Assembly (NCBI RefSeq): GCF_000012805.1
Contig: NC_007484.1
Location: forward strand, 1,680,001-1,712,000
Direction of reading: 5' to 3'
DNA from: Nitrosococcus oceani ATCC 19707
GTDB lineage: Bacteria; Pseudomonadota; Gammaproteobacteria; Nitrosococcales; Nitrosococcaceae
DNA length: 32,000 nucleotides
Shown here: positions 7,469-17,700 of the stretch, one piece after another
How the letters are laid out: every line of letters begins with the position of its first letter
How positions within the stretch are numbered: the first letter of the stretch is position 1
Notes under the pieces: model-generated
The model's database searches: none
Told to the model about the DNA's origin: nothing
What the model saw: only the letters and a program-made list of their open reading frames with translations
Program-made: the position numbers and the translations under genes

Positions 7469-8590
7469 ATGAAAAAAGCATTAATTACCGGCGTTACCGG
7501 CCAGGATGGAGTGTACCTGGTCGAGTTTTTACTGAAAAAAGGCTATGAAGTCCATGGCATTAAGCGCCGGGCTTCCCTGTTTAATACCGATCGTATTGAT
7601 CATCTCTACCAAGATCCCCATGAATCCGAGCGGCGTTTTATTTTGCACTATGGGGATTTAACGGACGCCACCAATCTTATCCGGGTTATCCAGGAAGTGC
7701 AGCCGGATGAAATTTACAATCTGGCGGCCCAAAGCCACGTGGCGGTTTCCTTTGAAACGCCTGAATACACGGCGAATGCCGATGCTCTGGGGACGCTGCG
7801 GTTGCTGGAGGCGATTCGCATTTTAGGGTTGGAGGAGAAGGTGCGTTTTTATCAAGCGTCTACTTCCGAACTTTATGGCAAGGTGCAGTCCGTGCCGCAG
7901 AATGAGCAAACGCCTTTTTATCCCCGTTCGCCTTATGCCGCGGCCAAGCTCTATGCTTATTGGATCACGGTGAATTACCGGGAAGCCTATGGCATGTATG
8001 CCTGCAATGGAATCCTCTTTAATCATGAATCGCCGGTTCGGGGCGAGACCTTTATCACCCGCAAGATTACCCGGGGGCTGGTGCGGATTACTTTGGGCCT
8101 GCAGAGTTGCCTGCATGTGGGGAATCTGGAAGCGCGGCGGGACTGGGGCCATGCCCGGGACTATGTGAAAGCCCAGTGGCTGATGCTGCAACAGTCAACG
8201 CCGGATGATTATGTGATTGCCACTGGCGAGCAACACTCCGTGCGGGAATTTATCGAACAGGCGGCCCAGGTGCTCGGGCTTTCCTTGGATTGGCAAGGCC
8301 AGGGGGAAGAAGAAATCGCCGTGGTGAGGGCGGTTGCCGGACAAGCCATGGAATGCGGCCATATTCAACCTGGTGATGTGCTCATTCGTATTGATCGCCG
8401 TTATTTTCGCCCTACCGAGGTGGAAGCGCTGTTAGGCGATGCCAGCAAGGCCCGTCGGGAGCTAGGCTGGGCGCCGCAAACCGCCTTTGATGATCTGGTG
8501 CGGGAGATGGTCATGGAAGACTTGAAGTACGCCAAGCGGGATGTGCTTTGCCGTCAGGAAGGATATCGGACCTTTGATTATTATGAGTGA
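7469..8590 (+). CDS. gmd: GDP-mannose 4,6-dehydratase
   Basis: [47 protein letters not shown], plus [10 protein letters not shown] (YxxxK) and [21 protein letters not shown]. These are highly characteristic Gmd motifs. Length 373 aa. Confidence 0.95.
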   Translation: MKKALITGVTGQDGVYLVEFLLKKGYEVHGIKRRASLFNTDRIDHLYQDPHESERRFILHYGDLTDATNLIRVIQEVQPDEIYNLAAQSHVAVSFETPEYTANADALGTLRLLEAIRILGLEEKVRFYQASTSELYGKVQSVPQNEQTPFYPRSPYAAAKLYAYWITVNYREAYGMYACNGILFNHESPVRGETFITRKITRGLVRITLGLQSCLHVGNLEARRDWGHARDYVKAQWLMLQQSTPDDYVIATGEQHSVREFIEQAAQVLGLSLDWQGQGEEEIAVVRAVAGQAMECGHIQPGDVLIRIDRRYFRPTEVEALLGDASKARRELGWAPQTAFDDLVREMVMEDLKYAKRDVLCRQEGYRTFDYYE

Positions 8591-8613
8591 GGGAACGGCC
8601 GTGGAGGAAGGAT

Positions 8614-9846
8614 ATGCGTATCTTGATTTACGGTATTAACTTTGCTCCGGAATTGACCGGTATCGGCAAGTATAGTGGGGAGATGGCGGCGTGGCTGGCA
8701 GGCCGCGGGCATGAAGTCCGGGTAGTGACGGCTCCTCCCTATTATCCGGAATGGCGCGTTAGGGAGGGTTATTCCAGTTGGCGTTATGGCCGTGAAAGCT
8801 TTGCCCTTCCAGCCGGCGGTGGTTTCAGCGGCTGGCGCTGCCCCCTTTGGGTACCCCGTTCTCCTTCCGGCCTAACCCGGTTATTGCATCTAGCCACTTT
8901 TATGTTAACCAGCGCGCCTGTTATGTTGCGCTATCTCCTATGGCGTCCCCATGTGGTCGTGCTGATTGCGCCCACGCTTTTTTGCGCTCCCGTGGCCTGG
9001 ACCGTGGCGCGGCTCGCGGGAGGGGCGGCCTGGCTGCATCTTCAGGATTTTGAACTGGATGCCGCGGTGGGGCTTAACCTATTGCGTCATGGCTGGTTGC
9101 GTGGAGCCGCCAGAATTTTTGAACGGCAGTGGCTGTTGGCTTTTGATCGGGTTTCCAGTATCTCCCATCGGATGCTCTCCCATCTGGGGGACAAAGGGGT
9201 GGCCGAAACGCGATGCGTGCTTTTTCCTAATTGGGTGGATACTCGAGCGCTTTATCCTCTACCGGGAGTGAGTGCCTATCGGGCCGAGTTGGGGATCGCC
9301 CCGGAGACGGTCGTGGCCCTTTACTCGGGAAATATGGGGGAGAAGCAAGGGCTGGAGCTTTTGGTGGAGGCGGCCCGGCGGTTGCGGAACCGGTCAGAAA
9401 TTGTGTTTGTGCTGGCCGGTGCGGGGGTTGCCCGCGCCCGGCTGGAAGTCCAGGGAAAGGATTTACCCAATCTTCGATGGTTGCCGTTGCAGCCTGCCGA
9501 GCGGTTGAACGAATGGCTCAATTTAGCGGATATTCACTTATTGCCCCAGCGCGCCGATGCGGCTGATCTGGTGATGCCTTCCAAATTGACGGGGATGCTG
9601 GCCAGTGGCCGGCCTGTGGTGGCCACGGCGCGGCTGGAGACTCAAATTGGGCAAGTGGTTGCGGGCTGTGGGCAGTTGGTGGCGCCGGGAGATGTGGAGG
9701 GCTTGGCGGAAGCCATTTATCAAATGGCGCGGAACCCCGGTCGGCGGCTTAAGCTCGGTCAACAGGCACGGCGTTATGCGGTGGAGCACTGTGATTATGA
9801 GCGCGTGATGTTGGATTTTGAAAAAAACCTGGGAAGTTTATTATAA
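8614..9846 (+). CDS. WcaI-like glycosyltransferase (GT4)
   Basis: MRILIYGINFAPELTGIGKYSGEMAAWLAGRGHEVRVVTAPPYYPEW is the characteristic WcaI-family N-terminus. ATG at 8614 follows GGAGGAAGG. The track ORF begins earlier, at 8587. Confidence 0.85.
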   Translation: MRILIYGINFAPELTGIGKYSGEMAAWLAGRGHEVRVVTAPPYYPEWRVREGYSSWRYGRESFALPAGGGFSGWRCPLWVPRSPSGLTRLLHLATFMLTSAPVMLRYLLWRPHVVVLIAPTLFCAPVAWTVARLAGGAAWLHLQDFELDAAVGLNLLRHGWLRGAARIFERQWLLAFDRVSSISHRMLSHLGDKGVAETRCVLFPNWVDTRALYPLPGVSAYRAELGIAPETVVALYSGNMGEKQGLELLVEAARRLRNRSEIVFVLAGAGVARARLEVQGKDLPNLRWLPLQPAERLNEWLNLADIHLLPQRADAADLVMPSKLTGMLASGRPVVATARLETQIGQVVAGCGQLVAPGDVEGLAEAIYQMARNPGRRLKLGQQARRYAVEHCDYERVMLDFEKNLGSLL

Positions 9847-9982
9847 AAGCGGCAGGGCTTGCCGTGTTAGCCTTTGGAGATAATGTAAGCGGCGATCACA
9901 TCTCGGTGTGCTCGTCCAGTTGTCAGTGAATGAGGAATCCCCTTCCTTCAGGGAGGGGCGGAAGTCAATTCAAGAGAATACC

Positions 9983-10759
9983 ATGATGACAACCAACAGG
10001 AACCGTTTTGCGGATACCGGTTTAAGAATGTCCAGCCGGAAGAGATTAAGCAAAGGATGCAGGCGTATTCTTTGCTTTTTGATTATCGGACTTTTAGCGG
10101 CTTGCGGTGCTAGCACTCCTTCCCGGGAAGCAACAAGTCCACTCCCGGAATCCACGACGAGCACACATTCCAGTTTATCGCCACAAGCGGTGGAGGAAAA
10201 GAATGGTTATCGCATTGGTCCTTCAGATTTGCTCCAGATCGATGTCTTTCAAGTGCCGGAGCTTTCCCGGGCGGTGCGGGTTAGTGCCGAGGGAGTCATT
10301 TCCTTACCGCTCATCGGTGCGATACAGGTAAATAATTTGACCAGCCAGGAACTGGAAGATCTCTTGGGTAAGCGGTTAAGAGAGAAATATTTGCAGGACC
10401 CTCAGGTGAGTGTTTTTATTGAGGAGTATGTTAGCCAGCGGGTGACGGTGGAGGGCGCTGTTGAAAAGCCAGGGATTTATCCCATTCAAGGACGAACCAC
10501 ATTATTGCAAGCGCTTGCCTCCGCTGAGGGGGTCAACAAGGTGGCCGATCTAGAAGGGATAAAGCTGTTCCGTCCTACCGGCAATAACACTAAACAAATT
10601 TTATATTACAATATCGAGGCTATTCGAGAAGGGGTTGTGCCGGACCCGAAAATTTATGCGGACGATATCATCGTGGTCGAGGAGTCTGGCACTAAGGTGT
10701 TTTTCGACGAACTTTCTAATTATGTCCGCTTTTTTGCGAACCCGTTTATATTTTTCTAA
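9983..10759 (+). CDS. polysaccharide export protein, Wza/EpsE-like outer-membrane lipoprotein (short form)
   Basis: Lipobox LLAAC. The Poly_export motif is YRIGPSDLLQIDVFQVPELS, followed by an SLBB-like VTVEGAVEKPGIYPI. The start is ATG 9983 or ATG 10028 (MSSRKRL...). Confidence 0.8.
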   Translation: MMTTNRNRFADTGLRMSSRKRLSKGCRRILCFLIIGLLAACGASTPSREATSPLPESTTSTHSSLSPQAVEEKNGYRIGPSDLLQIDVFQVPELSRAVRVSAEGVISLPLIGAIQVNNLTSQELEDLLGKRLREKYLQDPQVSVFIEEYVSQRVTVEGAVEKPGIYPIQGRTTLLQALASAEGVNKVADLEGIKLFRPTGNNTKQILYYNIEAIREGVVPDPKIYADDIIVVEESGTKVFFDELSNYVRFFANPFIFF

Positions 10760-10839
10760 ATGGAGAATTTTTTATCGCCAAGGGATATCGATCTTGGAGT
10801 TTCGCCATGACGGATAGCAGTTTTGTTCTTACAAAACTT

Positions 10840-11118
10840 CATCCGCCTGGAGAATTCGCGCTTCAATGGGTGCCTTGGGCTGGCCACGACTTAGCGCGCA
10901 AGGCCCTCGATTGGGTATCACCCTCCACGCGCATCACTTCCCCTCCTACCGAGGGTAGGTCGCGCTCTTGGCAACAGGGAAAATATACCGCGAATTGTTG
11001 GCGAAACGCAAGTCATGTTGGCCCTTGCGCTCGATGCGCCGTTTCACTTCGCCTGTCTGCGTGCGGACACGCACAGGCAGGCACTCTCACTGGGGGGTCG
11101 TTCAACATCCATGTTTAA
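10840..11118 (-). pseudogene. 5'-truncated, frameshifted TnpB 3' end plus omega-RNA-like tail (relic)
   Basis: The minus strand reads MDVERPPSESACLCV (compare VDRWAPTSKTCSACG), then QHDLRFANNSRYIF (compare HDRDINAARNIL), then TLGRRGSDARGG-stop (compare TVGRTGSDARGGV). It shares an exact 20-mer with 6438..6457 and the 8-mer CGCGAATT in the tail. Confidence 0.55.
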
Positions 11119-11229
11119 TTCCAAAGTATATTTGCTTTTTTCCTAAAAATAATTTTTATTAGAGCCGTATCTTAGTTAAATAACTTCTGCGCTGCTCACA
11201 GCCTGGGAGGATATTCCTCGCTCCAGGGG

Positions 11230-11658
11230 ATGGAGAATAATTTCCTTGAATCTGGGAATTTTGATAAAATCCACGAAGTGCAATATAGTATCATCAAATT
11301 TTTTACTTTGACTGCCTTTTGGGGGACTTTTAGTCTGTTAGCAATATTAGTTGCTGCTGGCCCTGACATCCCCCCCTTCCAGACGGAAATCCATTACCCC
11401 ATGGCAGAGGTTCAGATAGAGGCGCCTGCCTCCGTTGCGTCGTTCTTCCAAGATGGATTTTCTTTCGGGAATGGGAACTGCAATAAAAAATCTGGATGTG
11501 CCGGTTACCACCTCCAGTGTAATTCCCACCTGTGCTTTTTGCCCGAGTGCTTAGTTTCACACCTCCACGTAGCCGCCATTCAGTGGGTTTTCCTGCCGGA
11601 GGCAGGGCCACCCGAATTTCAACCCCTTCCTCTTTTTAAACCTCCTATTTCTGCTTGA
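11230..11658 (+). CDS. small membrane-anchored or exported Cys/His-rich, Pro-rich protein upstream of cusCBA-1 (hypothetical)
   Basis: A hydrophobic segment FFTLTAFWGTFSLLAILVAAG, then CNKKSGCAGYHLQCNSHLCFLPEC, then a Pro-rich tail PEAGPPEFQPLPLFKPPISA. It has the same orientation as the cus operon, and its layout is analogous to ORF 29200..29640. Coding status is unproven. Confidence 0.4.
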   Translation: MENNFLESGNFDKIHEVQYSIIKFFTLTAFWGTFSLLAILVAAGPDIPPFQTEIHYPMAEVQIEAPASVASFFQDGFSFGNGNCNKKSGCAGYHLQCNSHLCFLPECLVSHLHVAAIQWVFLPEAGPPEFQPLPLFKPPISA

Positions 11659-11835
11659 AAAGCTAAGCAGTATCGCGACCCGGGTTTAGTGCGTAAGGCT
11701 GGAATTTTTATACTGTCCTTACAGCTCGTTAGTCGTGCCTGTTAGATCGCTGGGCGTTATAGCCATAGGACTAAGCCGGATGTGCTTTAGCTCCGTGGCT
11801 TGCCTAGAAACGATTACCTTCAAGGAATTAAGGAG

Positions 11836-13341
11836 ATGTTTAAACCTATCTTTTTGACTCTTTTATTCGGAGCGAGAAAGAAGAGAAATAGTCCGCGGTT
11901 TTTTTTTCAGGGTGTAGTGACCGGTGGATTATTTATCTTTTCAATAGCGGCTTTGGCGGAAGTCAAACCGCCTTTTCTAGAGGGGCCAGAGGCTCGGTTT
12001 TCGGAAAGCCGCTTAGATAAGAGCGGGATGGATGGAGGAGGCGCATCCCAAGGTTATTCCCCGGCTGTTTCGACTCCCTCCCAGCAAAGTGGTAAAGAAT
12101 ATGCTGCCAGCCCTGGGGAGGAATCGCTAGAGAAGCGGTTGAGTTTGCAAGACGCCATAAAGACGGCGCTTCGGGATAATCCAGGTTTGGCGGAGATGCG
12201 GGCCCGGGCTGAAGCCATGGCCGCTATTCCCTCTCAGGTGGGCTCCCTGCCTGATCCAGTGATTAGTTTCAATACCTTGAATCTTCCTGTGGATACCTTT
12301 GACCGTAGCCAGGAGGCCATGACCCAGTTGCAAATTGGAATCAGCCAGGCGTTTCCTTTCCCCGGTAAGCTGGGGTTGCGGCGGAGCGCGGCGGAATATG
12401 AGGCCGCGGCTGCCGGCAATGATGTGCACGAGGTGCGGTTGCTGCTGATTCGGGACGTTAAGCAGACCTGGTGGAATCTGTTTTATTTGGACCAAGCCTT
12501 GGAAACCGTGAAGCGTAATCAAGCATTGATGCGCCAGTTCGTGGAAATCGCTCAAACTAAATACCGGGTCGGGCAGGGCCTGCAACAGGAGGTCTTGTTA
12601 GCCCAGGTGGAATTGTCCAAGCTGCTGGATCTGGAAGTTCAGCTTACGGCGCTGCGTCGCACGAGCGAGGCTCGGTTAAATGCTTTGCTGAACTGGCCGA
12701 CAACGCGCCCGCTGCGCCTCCCCGTTGAGGTGGAGACGAAGTTACAGCCTCTGGCGCTGGAGGAGACTTGGCAACGCCAGGCGGAAAAAAATCGGCCTTT
12801 GCTAGCGGCCGAGCAACACCGGATTGAAGCCGCCCGCGAGCGGCGGGATTTAGCCAAAAAAGATTACTACCCGGACTTCAAGCTGGGCACGGCCTACGGC
12901 TTTCGCAGTGGAAATGATCCCTTGCGCGGGGGGGCCCGCGCCGATTTTGCCTCCGTCATGTTCAGCATGACGGTGCCTCTTTATGCCGGTAGTAAGCAGG
13001 CCAAGGCCGTGGATCAGCGTTCCAGCGAGGTGCTCCAGCAAATCTATTCCCTTCAGGATAGACGCCAGCAAGTGCGTCGGGAAATCTCCACCGCGCTGGC
13101 CAATTACCAACAGGCCCGGGAGCAGTTTCTTCTGTTCAAGACCGGAATCATCCCCCAGGCACGGCAAACGGTTGCCTCTATGTTGGCAGGCTATCAGGTG
13201 AACAAGGTGGATTTTTTGAATCTAGTGAATGCCCAGATTACCCTTTACAACTTTGAAACCCAGTACTGGAAAGTGCTGGCGGAAGCCCACCAAGCCTTGG
13301 CGGCTTTGAGCGCCGCTACTGGCGAGGAAGAGACGAAATGA
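11836..13341 (+). CDS. cusC: outer membrane factor (TolC/CusC family) of RND system 1
   Basis: Size and repeat character typical of the OEP family (LSLQDAIKTALRDNPGLAE..., two halves). The stop overlaps the next start as ATGA. ATG 11836 follows AAGGAG, while the track ORF starts at TTG 11800. Confidence 0.85.
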   Translation: MFKPIFLTLLFGARKKRNSPRFFFQGVVTGGLFIFSIAALAEVKPPFLEGPEARFSESRLDKSGMDGGGASQGYSPAVSTPSQQSGKEYAASPGEESLEKRLSLQDAIKTALRDNPGLAEMRARAEAMAAIPSQVGSLPDPVISFNTLNLPVDTFDRSQEAMTQLQIGISQAFPFPGKLGLRRSAAEYEAAAAGNDVHEVRLLLIRDVKQTWWNLFYLDQALETVKRNQALMRQFVEIAQTKYRVGQGLQQEVLLAQVELSKLLDLEVQLTALRRTSEARLNALLNWPTTRPLRLPVEVETKLQPLALEETWQRQAEKNRPLLAAEQHRIEAARERRDLAKKDYYPDFKLGTAYGFRSGNDPLRGGARADFASVMFSMTVPLYAGSKQAKAVDQRSSEVLQQIYSLQDRRQQVRREISTALANYQQAREQFLLFKTGIIPQARQTVASMLAGYQVNKVDFLNLVNAQITLYNFETQYWKVLAEAHQALAALSAATGEEETK

Positions 13342-14741
13342 GTAAACAGACTGCTATGGTTATTGTTCTGGCCTTTTTAATCGCTCTAGCGATAGGGGTG
13401 GGCGGTGGTTATTGGTATGCCACTTATTGGGCACCGAAGACGGCAGCGCCGGTTTCGGAAACTCCTGCTAAAAAGCCCCTCTTTTACCGTTCTCCCATGA
13501 ATCCGGAAATCACCTCGCCGGTTCCCGCCAAGGATGCCATGGGGATGGATTACGTTCCCGTTTACGCAGACGAGGAAGGGAGCGGCAAAGCGCCTGCGGG
13601 TACGGTGAAAATCGACCCGGTTATTGTACAGAATATTGGGGTGCGGACTACCACGGCGGAGCGCCGCACCCTGACCCGTACGATACGGGCGGTGGGGCGG
13701 GTCGATTACAATGAAGAACTCCTGGCGCGGCTTCATCCCAAAATCGAGGGCTGGGTGGAGAAGCTGTTTGTCGACAAAACGGGCGCCAAGGTACAGAAAG
13801 ATGAGATGTTGCTCAGTCTCTATTCACCGCAATTGGTAGCCACTCAGCAAGAATATCTCCTCGCCCTGCGCAACCGGGAAACACTTGAAATGAGCCCCTA
13901 TCCAGATATTCGGCAAGGGGCGGAAGAATTGGTCCAGAGCACCCGGGAGCGGCTGCAATTATTGGATGTGCCGGAACATCAGATCCGCGAGTTGGAACAG
14001 GCCGAAAAAATTTATAAGAATCTGCATATCCATTCTCCTTTTCATGGGGTTGTGCTCCAAATTGGTGTTCGTGAAGGCCAATATGTGACCCCCCAAACGG
14101 AGCTCTATACCTTGGCCGATCTTTGTCAAGTGTGGGTTTATGTGGACATTTATGAGTATGAACTGCCTTGGGTCCAGGCCGGCGATGAAGCCGAGATGCG
14201 CGTTACTGCCATTCCCGGCCAAGTTTTTCACGGTACGGTCGCTTATATTTATCCCTATCTGGAGAAACAAACCCGCACTGTTCAATTGCGTCTGGAATTT
14301 GATAATTCTGATCTCTTGTTGAAGCCGGAGATGTTCGCCAATGTGACCATTCATGCCAGCAAGCAGGTGGACGCAGTGGTGGTGCCGGAGGCAGCCATTG
14401 TCCGCTCCGGCACCCGGGAGCAGGTGTTCGTCGTGCGTGGGCCCGGCAAATTTGAACCTCGGGAGGTGAAGGTGGGGGTCTCAGCCGAGGGTTTCACCGA
14501 AATTTTGGCGGGACTCAAACCTGGCGAGAAGGTGGTGACCTCAAGCCAGTTTCTCATCGACTCCGAGTCCAAGCTGCGGGAGGCTACCGCCAAAATGAAA
14601 GAACCCAAATTAGGGGCGATAAACGCTGAAAAACAGGAAGAGGATGCCGGCAAACATAAACAGAGGATAACGCCTAAGGGGAGTCCTGCCAAGGATAATC
14701 ATACCCCCCACACCCATTCAGCCCCTGAGGAGGTAAGATGA
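13338..14741 (+). CDS. cusB: RND periplasmic adaptor (CusB family) with the N-terminal three-Met site
   Basis: N-terminal TM segment. FYRSPMNPEITSPVPAKDAMGMDYVPVY parallels E. coli CusB YDPMYP...FMDMDLVPKY. Then the MFP core follows (hairpin, beta-barrel). The C-terminal tail is His-rich (HTPHTHS). ATGA overlaps occur on both sides. Confidence 0.9.
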   Translation: MSKQTAMVIVLAFLIALAIGVGGGYWYATYWAPKTAAPVSETPAKKPLFYRSPMNPEITSPVPAKDAMGMDYVPVYADEEGSGKAPAGTVKIDPVIVQNIGVRTTTAERRTLTRTIRAVGRVDYNEELLARLHPKIEGWVEKLFVDKTGAKVQKDEMLLSLYSPQLVATQQEYLLALRNRETLEMSPYPDIRQGAEELVQSTRERLQLLDVPEHQIRELEQAEKIYKNLHIHSPFHGVVLQIGVREGQYVTPQTELYTLADLCQVWVYVDIYEYELPWVQAGDEAEMRVTAIPGQVFHGTVAYIYPYLEKQTRTVQLRLEFDNSDLLLKPEMFANVTIHASKQVDAVVVPEAAIVRSGTREQVFVVRGPGKFEPREVKVGVSAEGFTEILAGLKPGEKVVTSSQFLIDSESKLREATAKMKEPKLGAINAEKQEEDAGKHKQRITPKGSPAKDNHTPHTHSAPEEVR

Positions 14742-17700
14742 TTAAGTTCATTATCGATGCTTCCCTCCGGAATAAATTTCTGGTGCTGACGGCTACGCTG
14801 CTGCTGCTGGCCGTGGGCCTCTGGACCCTCAAAAACACCCCCCTGGATGCGATCCCGGACCTTTCCGATGTGCAGGTCATCGTCTTTACCGAATATCCGG
14901 GCCAGGCCCCCCAGGTGGTGGAAGATCAGGTGACTTATCCTCTGACCACGGCCATGTTGGCGGTGCCCCATGCCAAGGTGGTACGGGGCTATTCCTTCTT
15001 TGGTTTCTCTTTTGTCTACATCATCTTCGAAGATGGCACTGACATGTACTGGGCTCGCTCCCGGGTACTGGAGTATCTTAACTATGTCCGCGGCAGGCTC
15101 CCGGCAGGCATCAATCCTTCTTTAGGGCCCGATGCCACGGGGGTGGGTTGGATCTACGAGTATGCTTTGGTGGACCGGAGCGGAAAACACGATCTGGCCC
15201 AACTGCGCACCATTCAGGATTGGTACCTGCGCTATCCTCTGCAGACCGTTCCGGGGGTGGCTGAAGTGGCTTCTATTGGAGGATTCGTCAAACAATATCA
15301 GGTGGAGGTGGACCCTAACGCTTTGCTGGCCTACCACATTCCCCTCTCCAAGGTGAAGCGGGCCATCCAACGTTCCAATCAGGATGTGGGCGGGCGTTTG
15401 GTGGAAATGGCGGAGACCGAGTACATGGTTCGTGGTCTCGGCTATATCCAGTCCATTGAAGATATCAACGATATTCCGCTGGGGGTGGATAGGCAAGGCA
15501 CGCCTATCCGTATCGCAGATGTGGCCCATGTCCACTTAGGGCCTGAATTGCGCCGCGGCCTGGCCGAACTCAATGGCGAAGGGGAAGTGGCCGGTGGGGT
15601 GGTGGTCATGCGTTATGGGGAAAACGCCCTGGCTACCATCCAGCGGGTCCGGACCAAGCTGGAGGAACTAAAGCAGTCCCTGCCGGAAGGGGTGGAAATC
15701 GTACCCGTGTACGATCGGGGTGCGCTTATCGAACGGGCGGTGGACAGTCTTCAGGAGACCCTTCTTCAGGAGGTGATCATCGTCAGCCTCGTCCTTGCGC
15801 TCTTTCTATTCCATCTCCGTTCCTCTTTGGTGGCTATTTTGGCCTTGCCCATGGCGGTTCTCATCGCCTTTATTATCATGAAAGGGCAGGGTCTCAACGC
15901 TAACATCATGTCCCTGGGGGGCATCGCGATTACCATTGGCGCCATGGTGGATGCCGCTGTGGTGATGATCGAGAACGCCCACAAGCATCTGGAACGATCT
16001 GTGTTGGAGAAAGGTAGAGCGCTTACCCGCGATGAGCACTGGGTGACAGTGGGGATTTCCGCCAAAGAGGTGGGACCGGCGCTGTTTTTCGCCCTGGCCA
16101 TCATGACCGTATCCTATTTGGCCATCTTCACTCTCGAAGCCCAGGAAGGCAGGCTATTCAAGCCCCTGGCTTTTACGGCGACTTATACCATGGCGGCCGG
16201 GTCGGTGCTTGCCATCACCCTGGTTCCCTTGCTGATGGGTTATTTTATCCGGGGCAAGATCCTGCCGGAGAAAAAGAACCCGGCTAATCGCCTCCTGCAT
16301 TTCCTGTTTGCCCCGGCAGTCCGTCAGGCTTTGCGCTTTCGTAAAACCACATTGATTATTGCTTTTGTTTTACTTGGAGTGACCCTTTATCCAGTAGCTA
16401 AAACCGGCAGTGAGTTTATGCCGCCCCTGGATGAAGGGGATATTCTTTACATGCCGAGCGCCTATCCGGGCATCTCCATCACCAAAGCCAAGGAGGTGTT
16501 GCAGCAGACCGACAAGATCTTGAGCACCTTTCCCGAGGTCCACTCCGTCTTTGGTAAGGCAGGGCGGGCGGAAACGGCCACCGATCCGGCGCCCCTTTCC
16601 ATGTTTGAGACTACCGTGCAGCTCAAGCCCAAGGAAGCATGGCCAGACCCCAGCAAAACGACCAAAGAATTGATGGATGAAATGGATGCCGCCATTCAGT
16701 TTCCAGGAATTACCAACGCCTGGACTATGCCCATCAAGACCCGGATCGATATGCTCTCTACCGGTATTAAAACGCCCATTGGGATTAAGGTAAGCGGACC
16801 AGATCTGGCCGTGTTGGAACAGGTGGCCGGCGACATCGAGCGGACGCTGAAGGCGCTTCCAGAGACCTTATCCGCTTTCGGGGATAAGGCTGCTGGGGGC
16901 TATTACTTGGATTTCGATATTTCTCGAGAGGAGGCGGCCCGCTATGGGCTAACGGTGGGAGATGTGCAGGATGTGATCCAGACCGCCATTGGTGGAATGA
17001 AGGTGACGGAAACTGTCGAGGGGCTAGAACGTTATCCGGTGAATCTGCGCTATCCCCGGGAGTCGCGCGACAACCTGACCCAACTGAAACGGACTTTGAT
17101 CCCCACCCCCACCGGCACCCAAATCCCTTTGTCTCAAGTGGCTGATCTCCGGTTACATCGAGGTCCGCCTGTGATCAAAAGCGAAAATTCCCGGCCCAAT
17201 GCTTGGATTTACGTGGATATTAAGTCTTCGGATATAGGCGGCTATGTAGCCAAAGCCAAGGAGGTAGTACAACGGGAAGTAGATATTCCACCCGGCTACA
17301 CGTTGAGTTGGTCGGGTCAGTATGAGTACATGGCGCGGGCGGCCGAGCGGTTGCAAATCGTGGTGCCGTTGACCCTGTTGATTATTTTTTTGCTGCTGTA
17401 TTTTAATTTCCGCAATGTGACTGAACCGCTACTCGTGATGGGCTTTATTCCCTTCAACCTCATTGGCGGTTTCTGGTTGCTATATTGGCTAGATTTTAAT
17501 CTGTCTGTGGCCGTAGGAGTGGGATTCATTGCCTTGGCGGGTATAGGGGCTGAAACGGCGGTGCTAAAATTGACCTTTATCGACCAGGAACTGGCCCAGC
17601 GCCGTCAAGCCAAGCTAAAAAAGCGCCAGGAGGGAGAAAATACGCCTCCTTCCTCCAAGGTTCTGCGCTTGTCGTCCAAGGAGATCATGTCGGCGGCCTA

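Noticed and set aside
10807-11118. 103-aa plus-strand ORF after wza
   Set aside because: It is the antisense strand of a decayed TnpB 3' end. The homology to tnpB is on the minus strand, and the plus-strand peptide has no protein-like features.
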